Positions 38,751 through 52,462 of a DNA stretch of 64,000 nucleotides are shown here, piece by piece. The notes beneath the pieces are model-generated. The model ran no database searches, was not told where the DNA came from, and saw nothing but the letters and a program-made list of their open reading frames with translations. Origin of the DNA: the human T2T-CHM13v2.0 reference genome, Homo sapiens; NCBI RefSeq assembly GCF_009914755.1, contig NC_060930.1; one strand, written 5' to 3'. The position numbers were made by a program, and so were the translations under genes. Position 1 is the stretch's first letter; each line of letters opens with the position of its first letter.

Positions 38751-41564
38751 CCCCCATCCAAATTTACAAAGCATTTCTCCAACATTCTCTAATATTTTTA
38801 TACTTTCTTTTTATGTATTAAAACTTGTATCTATTTCAATTTAATCCAGAGAATGTTTAAAGGTATAAACAAGTCGAATTTTTTTTCAGATGGCTATCCA
38901 GTTGTTCCATGTTAATTATTAAATAGTCCCTACTTATTCTAATAATCGGAGATGGCAGTTTTATTATATGTTATATATTTTTTCATGTTTTGGATTCATT
39001 TTGAGACTTTGTGTTTTGTCATATTTGTTGACTACCAATGCGGTGGTGCCATGCTTTTCATTAATGAAGCTATGTAATCTAATTTAATATATGGCAGAGC
39101 TCATTCTATACACCACTTGTCCAAACAATGCACTTTTGCAGAGTACACTTGGCTTTATTTGTCTTTTATTCCATGTGAACATTAAGAAATAAGATGTCAG
39201 TTTCATAGAACACAAAGATAACACCATTATTTTATTAAAATCTCAATAAACCTATAAAATAATATGAAGAGTTGAAATCTTTAAAAGTTGTATGTCCAGT
39301 ATAATATAAGTTTTTCAGGAGGAAGGTTATTATTATTTTAAGTTTACAGATGAAACTGTATGTATCATACATAAGGTTATGATTATGTATGTATGATATA
39401 CAACATGATATTTTGAAGTATATACACATTGCAGAATGACCAAATCTAGCTAATTAACATATGCATTACCTCATATAGTTATCATGTTTGTGGTAAGTAC
39501 ACTTCTGAAATTATAAAACTCACTGGCAAAAGTAAACACATTGTAAAATTCAGAATACTCAAATACTGTATGGTAGTGTGTAAATCACTAATACAATTAG
39601 TATGAAGGTTGAAAGAAAAAACTATTAAGAATAATAGTAGCTACAGTGTAATATATCTTTAGAATTTTCTTTCAGATTATGTATGCATGCGCCTATACTA
39701 CAGCAATATCTAAAGTTTTCTCCATGTAGAAGTTGCATGTTTTTGTTAATTTTAGTCCAATGCATTTTAACATTTTAATTCTTGTTTGTAAGAAATATTT
39801 TCTTCCTTATGATTTAATTAGCTTTATTCTGTTTATTAAAGTTGTTTATTTCTAATTAGTGACTTAATTAAGAGAATTCTCTTTCAAGGCATGTAAAAAT
39901 GCTTTAAAAACTTACTATAAGTGATATGAATGAAAAATACTAAACCACTTTTTTTAATACTCAGATTTTTAAAAAGCCTTCAACTAAAGATTAAAACTAA
40001 AGTCCCTAAAATACTTAATAGATATATAAATAGCAGGCATTTGACAAAAGAAGACTTGAAGGTAGAACAATATACTAAGAAAAATAGATTTTGATAAAGA
40101 TTGCTTTGTTGATACAGCATTTCCTATTTTCACAAAAATCGTTTAAAATTTAAGAAGTAACGTATAATGCATAAATTATAATTAATATTCTGGAATGTCT
40201 TCTACCAGAAGATCCATTACTTTATAAAGGAAAAATAAAACTTTCAAAGTAAATATTTGTTTGCAATATCAACTCACAAATGCAACAATCACTATTTATT
40301 TAAAAAAAAAGTTCACTAGTACATGTTAAGTGTTTTAACTCTATGTTTAACTTGGATAAGCAAACTGAAATAACGACATGCTTCAAGAAGAAAGAGATTT
40401 AAAAGAATTTCTCTTATTTTCTTTTTTTGTCTAGGATTTTATCTTTTCTTAAGCATGATTCATATTGTCTTACTTCACTTCGCAACTCTTTATCCACTCT
40501 GTCAGTAGCTCTTTTCCTCAAACTTAATAATACACATAATGAACATAGATGATGACATTGAAAAGAAACAGTGCATGTCAGCTCTTTCTCAAGATGTGCA
40601 CTGTCGACCAATTGTCCTTGAAGGGGCTTCTTCTAATTAATCACCATCCCTTCTCTGTAGAGCAATCATATTGGCAAGAATTGATTGGGCGTGTAAGACA
40701 CTTAATTTAGTTGTTAGAAAAATCCCTTAATTAAAATAATCTTCCTGCTGGTAAAATTAATGCACCCCATGCAAAATTACCAGCATGATTTTAAAGTTCC
40801 TCTTCAATTACATTTTATATTTCGTGAGGAAAAAGTAAAAGAAGATCTTAATGGCAATTATCAAAAGAAATAAGAAGGAATTTTGCAATACATAAAATGT
40901 ATAATTCTATTTACATATGTTTTCATTTATTTTAACTTCTATTTTGTTTTGAAAACTTGAGAAGTTTCACTGCTGAATCTTCATATTGAAATTCAAAATG
41001 AGTTTAAGTGTTTTACTTAAACATTCATTCAGTCTGTGCATTATCACACTGTTTCTTTTCCATTGGAAAGCCCAAGTCATTTAGATTCTCAGATGTAGCG
41101 GTCACACAATTTTAATTTTTGTTATAATTAGCTATATTCAGTAAGTTCTGTCCAGTAATTCAGGAAGGAATAATGATTAAATATGCATACACTGTTTTGA
41201 AGATAATTGCTTTCTGCTAAGTTTTCCATGAGTAATTTTAACTTTGTATTACACCACCCATTTTCTAAAACATATATTTGTTATTTTACTGCCATTCATA
41301 AAGTTGACTATATTTGCTCAAAGCTGATTTATCCATGAGCAATTTGACTTACTATTACTCCTTCCATTTTCCCTCAAAAATACTTTTGCCATTTCATCAT
41401 TGTGAATATGTTCCCTGTAGCAATTTATAGTTCTCAAAAGAAGTTTAATATTTAAAAATAACCAAACATATGAAAGCATTATTCCTACTATGAGATAAAG
41501 GAAAATGAAGTGCAAAAACGATGCAAGCACTGAAATATGTGAACTAATTTGGTTGTAACAGTAG

Positions 41565-41738
41565 AGAGCATTTCTCAATCTGCACACTGAAAGCATGTAG
41601 GGAACCTCAAAAAATACTCTGTGTCCATCTCACTACAATTCCAGTTTGATTGTTCTGTAATGAGAGTTCACCATTAGTATGTTTCAAGAGCTCCTTCAGA
41701 TGATTCTAATATGTGGTCAGGGTTTAAAAACAACTGAA
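41565..41738. mobile_element. MER5A hAT-Charlie MITE, followed by a MIR remnant
   Basis: ctccttcagatgattctaatatgtggtcagggtttaaaaacaactg. Confidence 0.75.
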
Positions 41739-42399
41739 CTGACACAATCCCTAAATAGTCCTGAGGTTAATTCCTCTAACCTCAACTATATTTATTTCTT
41801 TGTTTCGTCTGATTGTGTCATTTATAAAATAGTAAGTATTCATAACAGAGTCTCTGAAAGTTCCTTTTAGCATCAACATAGTATAATCAACAATGCTTTG
41901 CTCTCTTCTACCACTTTTGGTCTTCAGTGTGATCTGATTAATGAACTGATAATTATTTCTGTCACTAAAGGTTGTTAACTCTACAGTATACTATTTTATG
42001 AGCATGGTGAAATAAATAATCATGTTTTCTGTTTAAAAGGCTAATTGTTAGTTTACTTCAACACTGTTGTGATGTAATACAATGTTAGAAATTCAGCTGC
42101 TGTTGGTTAGCTGTTACTCAAAAACAGACACATCAAACTGTTAATTTGCTGGTTGTTTGTAAACTGAAGTGCCAAAATATCACTGTCAGAGGAAATATTC
42201 TTTAAAAGAATGAAAATACCATATAGTCTTAAGAATGTAAATCAAATTTGCATCAGCTAAGTTAAATAATATTAGAAATGTAATCAAAGAATGAAAATTA
42301 AGCTCATCAAAATAGATTGCGATAGAAATTGAAACTCTATAATATAAACAAAAACATATATGGGAACACAAGTGCTGGAATGATTTCATTTCAAGTGTG

Positions 42400-43140
42400 T
42401 AAGACAGAAAACTAGGAGTCCTGTTGACACCTTCATCACTTGCTATTTCCAATTCATAATCAAGATCTTCCATTTATTTCAAGCTTCCAGCATTATGACT
42501 CACATTATTACTGCAACCAACTCCCTAGCTTTTTTCCTTCTCTTCCATGTGTTTCTCTACTTGTTATAAACTTATGGAATGTGTCAAAACCTATAGTAAT
42601 TTTCTATTCCTTTTAGAAGAGAAATCAAAATATCTAACCCAGCATTTTAGTTCTGGCTTTACCCCCTCCATGGAATTGTTATTAGTCTTTTCTCACAGCC
42701 CCAGACAGGCCTTCAAAGAAGCCATTTCTTCTAATATAATGTTTTTACAAATACAATTCCCTCCACCCAGAATTCTCTCTTCTCCAACTTCTCTGCCATG
42801 ACATTATTCTCTATATCTCTCTTCAGTGGTCATTTTCTCATGGAAACCTTTTCTGGCAACCCAACTCAATATCTCAATTGCCCAGTTTTTTTTTCTTTTT
42901 TTCTAAATAGGCTCATTGCTTATAAGCATTCATGGAATGCTACCTGTTTTCATAAGAGCATTTTGTTTTTAAATAAAATTACATAGTTATCACTGTATTT
43001 GTCCATTAACCACTCCCTTCCAACAAATGGATTTATGAAAGTAGGAAATAGCTCTAGTTTACTTCACTATTATCTCTCTTGCACCAAGTAGATTTCCTAG
43101 GATGTAGTTGGTGTTAAACACGTCAGTTAAAGGAATACAT
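42400..43140 (+). mobile_element. L2 3' fragment ending about 140 nt from the exon 9 donor
   Basis: aaactaggagtcctgttgacacc...ttcctaggatgtagttggtgttaaac. Confidence 0.6.
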
Positions 43141-43284
43141 TAGAAAATAAGAGTATTAATTTTATTTTTAGTTTATATTACGTTTTGAGATATAAAATAC
43201 TTTGTGTGTTTAGAAAATGAATACGTGACTAGCAAATTTTGAAATGATTCAAGCAGATTGAAAAAAATTACATAAATTTGTTAC

Positions 43285-43444
43285 CTGCAAATCCCAATTG
43301 CCACACATATTCAAATTGAGCAGGACCTTTATCTTGGCAAATACCATGGAAGGTGACTCCACAGTAGCAGAGGTGTTGATGAATTAGGTAAACATTCTTC
43401 AAAAACCAACATGGATTTTTTGTGCACCCTGGAATGCATACATA
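43285..43444 (-). CDS. EYS: EYS coding exon (probably exon 9), 160 nt: YVCIPGCTKNPCWFLKNVYLIHQHLCYCGVTFHGICQDKGPAQFEYVWQLGFA(G)
   Basis: Minus-strand polypyrimidine tract and acceptor ccttgtttcctttttgtag; donor GCAG|gtaaca; open frame, phase 0 to 1; peptide matches EYS as I recall it and joins the next exon in frame. Confidence 0.96.
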
Positions 43445-44338
43445 CTACAAAAAGGAAACAAGGAAAAATGGTAAATTCTTTTTTGATATATTTTTCAATA
43501 TATACATATAACATAAACAGCTAATTTTTAAAACCACAGTGATTATAGAAAACTTTATGGGACACACTTTTTATACTTCTCTTTATTTCTTCTATTTCTT
43601 TATCTTTTCTTTCTGTACTATCTTTTGTCATATCCATGTTCAAAAGCCTATATGATAATCTTTTAGCTTTGACTCACTCTCAATATACAACAGTCCCTAC
43701 TCTTCTGTTTGATGGGCTATAATACATCTTTCCCCTCACAAATTAAAAATACCTATGGTATAAATTAAGAGATACGCCATTTAAAACACTTATAACGGTT
43801 GAATTAGCACAATAAATGTCATGGTGTGTTCAAATTAGACTTTTGCTATCATTTGAAAATAGTTGAAGATAATCAGGGCATATTGTCTAATAATATGATT
43901 TGTTTATGGTAATCTCCAGCATCTTCAAATACAAAAATCATATATAGTTATATCCACAATTGAACTAACTAAATGTAAACCATTTTAGGTCACATTGAGG
44001 TCATCACTAAGTTTTAGTACATGCTGCACTACTTAGGTATTAGGAAGACATCAACCAGCGTGAAATTTAAGCCCTAGAGACAAACTAGGGCTATGTATTC
44101 TCTTTAGAGCATACCCCTCAATTATTTCTACTTCTCCACGTTTTTTATTAACAAATCTCCCTTGAATTTGGCAGAGAAAAGCACAGCTGAGACATGCAGT
44201 ACAAGGAATCTGACAGTTCCATTAATGAAATTACTACACTAAGTAAGCATTGTTCTGTTTCAAGTCATGGTGGTCTACCTGGATTTGCAATCACAATTTC
44301 CTAATTGCACAACAACCTTAAAGTATGAGTCAACACTA

Positions 44339-44680
<342 letters not shown>

Positions 44681-45024
44681 TAATTTAAAAAATAATTACC
44701 ATTTAATTATATTAAATGATTACCAAAAAATACAATTTTATGATATATTTCCAAGTTGTGAGATGATCAAAATCTTTAACCCATTACTTTCATACTGAGA
44801 CATCAAATGTTGAAGTCTACAAATGGCATTAACCAATCTTCACTGTCAGTGGAGATTGTCTTTATTGGATTTGGGTCCTCATTTTGATAGAAAATATGAA
44901 GGCCTAATGAATTCTGAATATATGACTGTACAAAATAAACTTAGCAGAATAGTACATTATTCATATTGATAGGATCCTGTAGAGTCATTTCTTCACTTAA
45001 AACTTAACAAAACAATAGACAGTT

Positions 45025-45203
45025 TTTATCTGTCATCTCCCTCTCACCCTTCCCTCTGAGTCCCCAAAGACTGCATATTGAGTACAGTGCACACTGCTTC
45101 AGTGACTGGTCTACCAAAATCTAAGAAATCACCACTAAAGAACTTATTCATGTAACTAAAAACCACCTGTACCCCCAAAAGTATTGAAATAAAAATTTAA
45201 AAA
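45025..45203 (+). mobile_element. Tiny L1PB 3' end with 5' inversion
   Basis: 45025-45069 is the reverse complement of the G-rich 3' UTR stretch that normally precedes gactgcatattgagtacag. Confidence 0.75.
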
Positions 45204-45214
45204 TAATTTCAGAA

Positions 45215-46025
45215 TATCCTCTTCTGGACACTGGCCTAGGAAAGAACTCATGACTGAGATCTCAAAGTACAAGCAACTAAAACAAAAGTAAACAAATAAG
45301 ACTTGATTAACCTAAAATGCTTCTGCACAGCAAAAGAAATAATCAATAAAGTGAACAGACAACCTTCAGATTGGGAGAAAATATTTGCAAATTATGCATC
45401 CAACAGGGGACTAAAATCCAGAATTTATAAGGAACTCAAGCAACTCAACAACTTCAAAATACAACCAAATAACCCAATTAAAAAGTGGACAAGTGACATG
45501 AATAGACATTTTTCAAAAGAAAACATACAAATAGCCAGCCCACATATGGAAAAATGCTCAACATCACCAATCATCAGAGACATGCAAATTAAAACCATAA
45601 TGAGACATCATCTTATACCAATCAGAATGGCCATTATTAAAAAGTCAAAAAACAATAGATGTTGGTGAAGATGCAGAGAAATGGAATGCTTATGCCCTGC
45701 TGATAGGAATGTAAATTAGTACAACCACTGTGGAAAATCGTATGGGAATTTCTCAGAGAACTAAAAACAGAAATGTGATTTGATCCAGCAATTGCACTAC
45801 CGGATATCTGCGCAAAGGAAAAGAAATCATTATATAAAAGAGATACCAGCACAAGTATGTTTAGATTCATTATTCATGATACCAAAAATGTGGGATCAAT
45901 CTAAGTGTCCACCAATTGATGACTAGATAAAGAAAATTGTTTATACACACATACACGTACATATACATACACACAATGGAATACTATTTAGCAATAACAA
46001 AGAATAAAATCATGTCTTCTGCGGC
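45215..46025 (+). mobile_element. L1PB ORF2 3' fragment lacking 3' UTR
   Basis: ORF 45303-45668 is L1 ORF2 ([28 protein letters not shown]). Confidence 0.93.
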
Positions 46026-46836
46026 AAAAAAATAACAAAACAGCAACAACAAAAACTAAGTTCGAATTAAGTCCTGTCTAAGGTATTTTGTTTTGTCTGC
46101 AATTGTTTTTGTTCTTGTTTGTTTGTTTTTTAAACTAAGAATATCAGAGGAAGTTGGATCAAAGATACGAATCCCTGTTTCTGCCACTCAGGAGCTAAGG
46201 AACCATTTAAAAATGAGACATTAAGTATTCTGTAACAACCTTGAGAGAGATGAGCTGATAAGGAGCAATGAGAGATGCCAGGAAAAATGACACAAATAAT
46301 ATGAATCCCTGCTCACAGGGGTGCTGTGGTATTCTTCCTACTACTTTAACCTGAAGACCAAATTTGACTTCTGGCTTTTCTTAATGAAAAAAACAAAGTC
46401 ACCCAGGATATATTTCAATGGGTGTCTGAACAATTTATCTGTACTTATACCCTTCTATACTGAATAAAGACACTATGAAGATATTATAACTTTAGATAAA
46501 ATTTGGATTTAGAGGGAGTTATTTGTGATTGCAGCTCTTAATACCTTTTTAAAATTATTGCAACACCAGTACATTATCCTCTAACATAACAACCTGAATG
46601 TTAAGAGCAGTTAATTTAAAAGAGCAATTTATTTAAGCCATATGTAGAGGCTAGGAGTGTTGTCATATAGGTCTATCTCTGATTCTGACCTCTCATTTAT
46701 ACCTTGTGTGTTCATGTGAGGATGCTGACACACACACACATTTCACAGCACCAACATGAAAATAGATGTACAATATAACTTTTAAAGCAAGTTAATATAA
46801 GTAAAGTATGATGGTGAGATGGAAGAGTGGAAGCAC

Positions 46837-47255
46837 TTTTTGCATAAAACATTTAACTTAATGGCCTTTTGGAGGAATTAGATGCATCACCGCTGTATTA
46901 CAACTGAGCCATTAATCTTGAAGCTTCATCAGTATTAACTTGGTTCACTTTCATCATGTTGTTGAGAGGCTCATCATTTCTGTAGAGGTTCAACAGAAAA
47001 GCCTTCTGAGCAGTGTACAAGTTCTTTTTGTATATTTACAAAAGCTTTATTCAGTTTGTTAACTTCTTAATCATTCATAATGTTTATCTTCTTAAGAAGA
47101 TTAGTGGTAACTGGTGTTGCTTTGATTTTAGTCTTAAAGTGTTTTTTGGCTTGCTATATGAAATACATTCCTGGCCTTTGCTCTCTTAATTTGTTCTTGT
47201 CCATCGTCTATAATACGCATGTGCACCTTCTTAAGCTTCAAGTGATGCCATCTAT
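46837..47255 (-). pseudogene. Processed pseudogene of RBIS (C8orf59); CDS-homologous part 47204-46898
   Basis: Across frameshifts it translates as MDKNKLR..RNVFHIASQK..FKTKIKATPVTTNLLKKINIMND*EVNKLNKAFVNIQKELVH..EPLQK*..VNTDEASRLMAQL*, matching RBIS as recalled; intronless, with stops and frameshifts; outer limits approximate. Confidence 0.88.
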
Positions 47256-48199
47256 TGAGTGAATAAACTAAATGTTTGTCTTTAAATTGCTCTGACCTTT
47301 CTAGAAGCCAAGGGAAAAGGGGAAACATTAAAATATACCACAGCTGTTTTTATTGATTAATTTTATACTGGTAGATTCATTTTGGTTTATTGGATGAACC
47401 AGATTTCCAGTTGATATTCCTAAGGAACAATTGTTATATGGTGGAGAATATAAAACAAATGACAATACTTTGGTAATACTATTATGAAAAAATATTTATT
47501 ATATAGACCAGGAGTCTGCAAAGTATTCTCTTAAGTACTATGTTTTACAAGTAAGATGATTTTTAACTAAATCAACTTCCTGTTTTTGAGTATGAAGTTC
47601 AAAAATGCTGCCAATAAAAGAAAAGTAATTATTTCAAATTCACAGTGAAATGGCGACTAATGTAATGCTCATTGCTTGCTAAAACACTATTTTTTTTGGT
47701 TTTTGTAAACTTAAATAAAAAGACAATTAAGTGAGTCAAACGTTATTTGTATGACCAGATAGGTGTCTTTGTGGAATTCAGTTATTTTAATGTGACCTCT
47801 CTTTTAAAATGAAGTTAATTTTCAGTAGAATGATGACCTTCTCTGTTAAGATATCTTAAGTTTCACAGCGACCTCAGGTACTATGGTAATATTAACTTTG
47901 GCCCATCAATCTTATTTAGAACCAAAGAGATTAAAAATTAGTTAGTTTACATGGAAGTGTTCACTTAGTTTGATTTTTTAAATTTATTTAAATTAATATT
48001 TGGAACTGATGCTTTAAAATAATCCCATTTTAAATACTATTTCCCATTTAATTCATAGATTAGGTGACAAATATTTAACAGAAAATTTTCTGTGGTCTGG
48101 GAATTTATATCAAAATTTATACATTTCAAACTTTACCTCTGAAATAGAAGTATGATTATCTTCATTTAAATAAGTTCACTTATTATGGTATGGCGAATT

Positions 48200-48310
48200 T
48201 AAGGTGATCAACTTAACTGTTTGCCTGGGACTTTCTGTTTTTAAAAGCTAAAAGTCTTATGTCTACTGAACTACTCATTCCTAGGCAAACTGGGATGGTT
48301 TCTTTTCCTA
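48200..48310. mobile_element. MER81-like hAT-Blackjack MITE
   Basis: taaggtgatcaac...tttgcctgggactt...ctaggcaaactgggatggtt. Confidence 0.7.
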
Positions 48311-48424
48311 AGCGTTGATTATACACTCAAAGCTTTATTTCTGAAATTAAGGAGGATGAGTAGTAGAGCTGTATTTGGCATGCCATGAGAGAGAGAAATG
48401 ATCCTCTGTTGCTGTAGGTTTCTG

Positions 48425-48426
<2 letters not shown>

Positions 48427-48458
<32 letters not shown>
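48427..48458. repeat. (GT)n microsatellite
   Basis: About 16 perfect units. Confidence 0.97.
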
Positions 48459-48459
<1 letters not shown>

Positions 48460-50900
48460 GGGAGAAGGGGGGATTTAGTTACCATAGAATAACCCAACTT
48501 AACATGCTTATCAGAAGTTTCCTCCACCTATAGGTGAGACTAAACTCATTATCAAATATATTAAATTAGACCTTATACTATAAAATGTATAGCTCATATT
48601 TCTATAAGAAAATAAAAATTACATTAATTGCAGTAAACAATAGGTGTTTATAAGTTGCTAATAACAATATACATGAAAAATAGCAATGTGTTAATCTATC
48701 CTGTACTTGACAGCCCACTCGATGTATAAAAACTGAAAAGAGGAATCAATTCAGCATTTGATCTATTTCTTCTTTTAGTGAGTTGAATGCCAAGGTTTGG
48801 AAATACACAAACATGCCTTTGGAAGCAAACATCTATCTTACTTTTGACAGTGAACTAATTAACTGGTACATATTAGACAACTAAACTTGAACTGACTTTG
48901 AACCTCAATAAGCTTGTGAGAGGAGTAATTCTGGTAAGCAAACAGTGAAATTAAGACAAAGATGAAATGGTTTCACAATGACAGTAAAAAGAAACAAGAG
49001 AATCAAGAAATTGTCTATAAAAAGGAAAGTAATCTATTTCTTGTATCTCATGTCACATCAGAAATAAGCAAATTTTGCAGTATCAAAGTTTTGTGATTTT
49101 TATTTGATTGACACAAAATACATATTCATAACAATTTTATAACCTTAACCAACTGATTTGTCATTTCATGTGCCAAATATATTCAATGTTGCTTTCCTTA
49201 AGGCTTTTATATTTTATAAGGGAAAACTAATTTTGATTGCTAGTATGAAGAGGATTTTAAAACAACTTTAGATGCTGATTTCTTATTTCAGCAGCAACCT
49301 TTCTTAGGAAAGATAATGATTTCCATTAGAAATCTTGCTTTTCATGATGTATTAAGCATTGTAAACTTCTCTTTCTTAAAGAAACTATATCATGAAATTA
49401 TGGCATATACCTAGAATTACAGCATCTATATTCCCTGGTGATTCTATTTATATTTATTTAAAGCATTTGCTAGTTTTTAGAAACCATACAGAAAAATGAA
49501 AAGAAATTCCTTCATATAGGCAGATATTAATAGTGGGAAAACCTCACCTCTCTCTCTTTCTCTTTTTTCTTAGTATTTGTATATGTGGCCATTTTACCAC
49601 ATATGTGAATTCATTGTTCAAATGGGTTCAAAAGCATTAACTCATTCTATTCATTTCATCATTTTTTTCAATAGCCTGGATAGAATATTTGTATATTCAT
49701 TTCCATACTTCAGATAAGGAAATAAAAATTATAGAATTTTTTTCAACTCACACACCTCAATTCTCACAGGTCTAAGACATAAAACCTTTATACTTAGGTT
49801 TCAAATCTCATCAATTGTTACTTTATTTTAAAATTTATTCTCTATTCCCCAATAAAAATATTTTCAATGGAAGTTTTAATTGACACATAAGAACTATTAT
49901 TGTTAAAAATTGGAAGTATATAACCTTATAATTCTGATGTTTTATTGTTTTTATGACACCACCTTCTTGCTTTGACATCACTTATTCACTTATCCTTCTG
50001 AAGTTTAAGTACTAATAAATTATTAACAGATTATTTCTAAAATATCTTATTCTATCCAATTTAAAGAAATGTAATGATCTTTCAAAAAGCAATGTTGAAT
50101 TTACATAAATTAATGTTCAATTTCCACTCATAGTCAAAACCTTCTATGGAAAATTAATGAAGTAAAATCAATAGTAATTATATTATTTAAATAAAAAAAT
50201 TAGCATTATTATTCCTCTAGCTCTTCTAGGTAGCACCTAAATTTAGGAACTGTATCCAAAAAACTTAGAATAATGCAAAATGAAAAACAAAGCTGGCCTA
50301 TTTTGGCTCTCTGGGGACCAAGGGAAATCTGATTTTAACAGAAAATTCTCAAGTAGTTTGGGAAATTATATAAGATCATTTTCTGGTCTCCTATTATTAC
50401 TTTAACATTTTTCCATAAATCACAGTAGTTGCTGACAACTCCGTGACCATACTATATTCTAGAGAAATGTGAAAATTCAACAAATATTTTCTGAAATATA
50501 ACTCTTCTCCAACTGTTATGCTAAAAAGAGATAAAAAGTTTAAATTACGGCATCCTTGCTCTCACTGAGCTCACAGTCTAACGTGTGTTTACAGTCATTC
50601 CAAGAAATCCCATTTAGTGTAGTCACTGCTATGTAGAAAGACAGTATTGCAAACAATGGGAACAGAAAGGAAGAAGTAGTCGACATAATCACAAATGTTG
50701 TGAGGTAGTTTCATTCTGGATGAAGGCATGTATTGGGATAGACATGAAATAGGAAATGCAATCTTTTCCATATTTCCATCTATATTTCTACATATAAAAT
50801 TGTGACTGGAGTTCAAGGAATGGTAGGTGACCATAAATTATTGAATATCTGTACTTTTACCCAAAGTATTATAATTAATTTCTAAATTTCCTTTAGAAAT

Positions 50901-51189
50901 ACCATCATTCTCAGCAAACTATCGCAAGGACAAAAAAAAAACACCGCATGTTCTCACTCATAGGTGGGAATTGTGCAATGAGAACACATGAACACAGGAA
51001 GGGGAACATCACACACCGGGGCCTGTTGTGAGGTGGGGAGTGGGGGAGGAAGGATAGCATTTGGAGATATACTTAATGTTAAATGATGAGTTACTGGGTG
51101 CAGCACACCAACATGGCACATGTATACATATGTAACTAACCTGCACGTTGTGCACATGTACCCTAAAACTTAAAGTATAATAAAAAAAA
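50901..51189 (+). mobile_element. Young 5'-truncated L1PA (about L1PA4) with TSD agaaatac
   Basis: Canonical 3' UTR, polyA, TSD at 50895-50902 and 51189-51196, TTT/AGAA endonuclease site. Confidence 0.95.
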
Positions 51190-51257
51190 GAAATACTCAT
51201 ATATGGATATGTGAATGATCAATTTAATTTAATGACTTGTGAGGTGACTGACAGGAA

Positions 51258-51598
51258 TTTCTTTCTCTTTTTTTTTCTTTCCTTCCTTCTTTCGTTCGTT
51301 CGTTCTTTTTTTTTTTTGGTCTGTGTCTCTCTCTATCGCCCAGGCTGGAATGCAGTAGTGCTATCTCTGCCCACTGCAACAACCTCCACCTCCTGGGCTG
51401 AAGTCATCTGCCCATGTCAGCCTCCTGAGTAGCTGGGACTGCAGACATGCACCACCATGACTGGCTATTTACATATTTTGTAGAAATGGGGTTTTGCTAT
51501 GTTGCTCAGGTTGGTCTCCAGCTCATGAGGTCAAGTGATCTGTCCATTTCAGCCTCCCAACATGCTGGGATTACAGGCATGCACCACCATGCTCATCC
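51258..51598 (-). mobile_element. AluJ with T-rich tail
   Basis: cgcccaggctggaatgcagt...cctgggctgaag...gctgggattacaggcatg. Confidence 0.9.
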
Positions 51599-52264
51599 TG
51601 AAAGTAATTTCTTAGACTACAGTGATTCATTATCTAATGTTTCCCTCCAAAAATAACACAGATAACACAAAGCAAAACAACTAAAGCCTCTTATTTTCTA
51701 ATTATGAGAAAATGACTGAAGAAATTGAGCAAATACTGGAATTTTTCATGATTGTGAAGAAATGTACACTATTCTAAAACATATACGAGTAACTAATTTA
51801 TTATTCACAATCTGTAGTATCTCATAAAAGTGCACCATAGCTAATGGCCAGAGAACCTGTTCTTCCCATATTTTCATTTATTCTTTTAAAGATTTCTTTG
51901 ATCTTCAAAAGTATTACTACAAGAACAAAAATGTGGCTACCTAATTCATCACCAAGTATTTGATTTTCTCATTTTAAGACATGATAATCACTATTATTCA
52001 AGATCACTTCTTTATTCAATAGGTATTTATTGTAAGTATGCTCTGGGGAGTTATTAACCACATATGGCACAAAGAAAGTAAAAGAATGAAATTGTCCCAG
52101 TTCTCTTAGATATAACTTTAAAATGAACACAAACAAACAAATGAAAATCTCACAATTCCTAAAGGCAATACATTCTAGGACATCGTTAATCCAAGATGCT
52201 GCAAGTTGAGTATGTCATTTAAACACACATAGATATATTTTACTATTTGGGAGTAAAGTAAAAT

Positions 52265-52462
52265 TGACATATATGTATTTATGTGCATGTGTATATATAT
52301 GTGTGTGCGTGTTTGTATAAATGTATATACACATGCATATACATTACATATATGCATATATGTATGTATACACATTACACATTATTATATATATACATAT
52401 ATGTACGTATACATTTATATATATGCCTACATATGTAATGTATATGCATGTGTATATATGTA
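52265..52462. repeat. Degenerate TA/CA/TG low-complexity tract
   Basis: Seen directly. Confidence 0.9.

Noticed and set aside
40414-40611. ORF with LEKELTCTVS..CHHLCSLC resembling a RING/TRIM start
   Set aside because: Cys/His spacing does not fit a RING, the start codon is not ATG, and there are no splice or retrocopy hallmarks
40746-40785. Small hairpin tgctggtaa...ttaccagca
   Set aside because: A 9-bp stem is within chance expectation; no ncRNA motifs
43329-43514. 61-aa ORF overlapping exon 9
   Set aside because: Alternative frame starting in the intron; the spliced frame is fixed by exon phases
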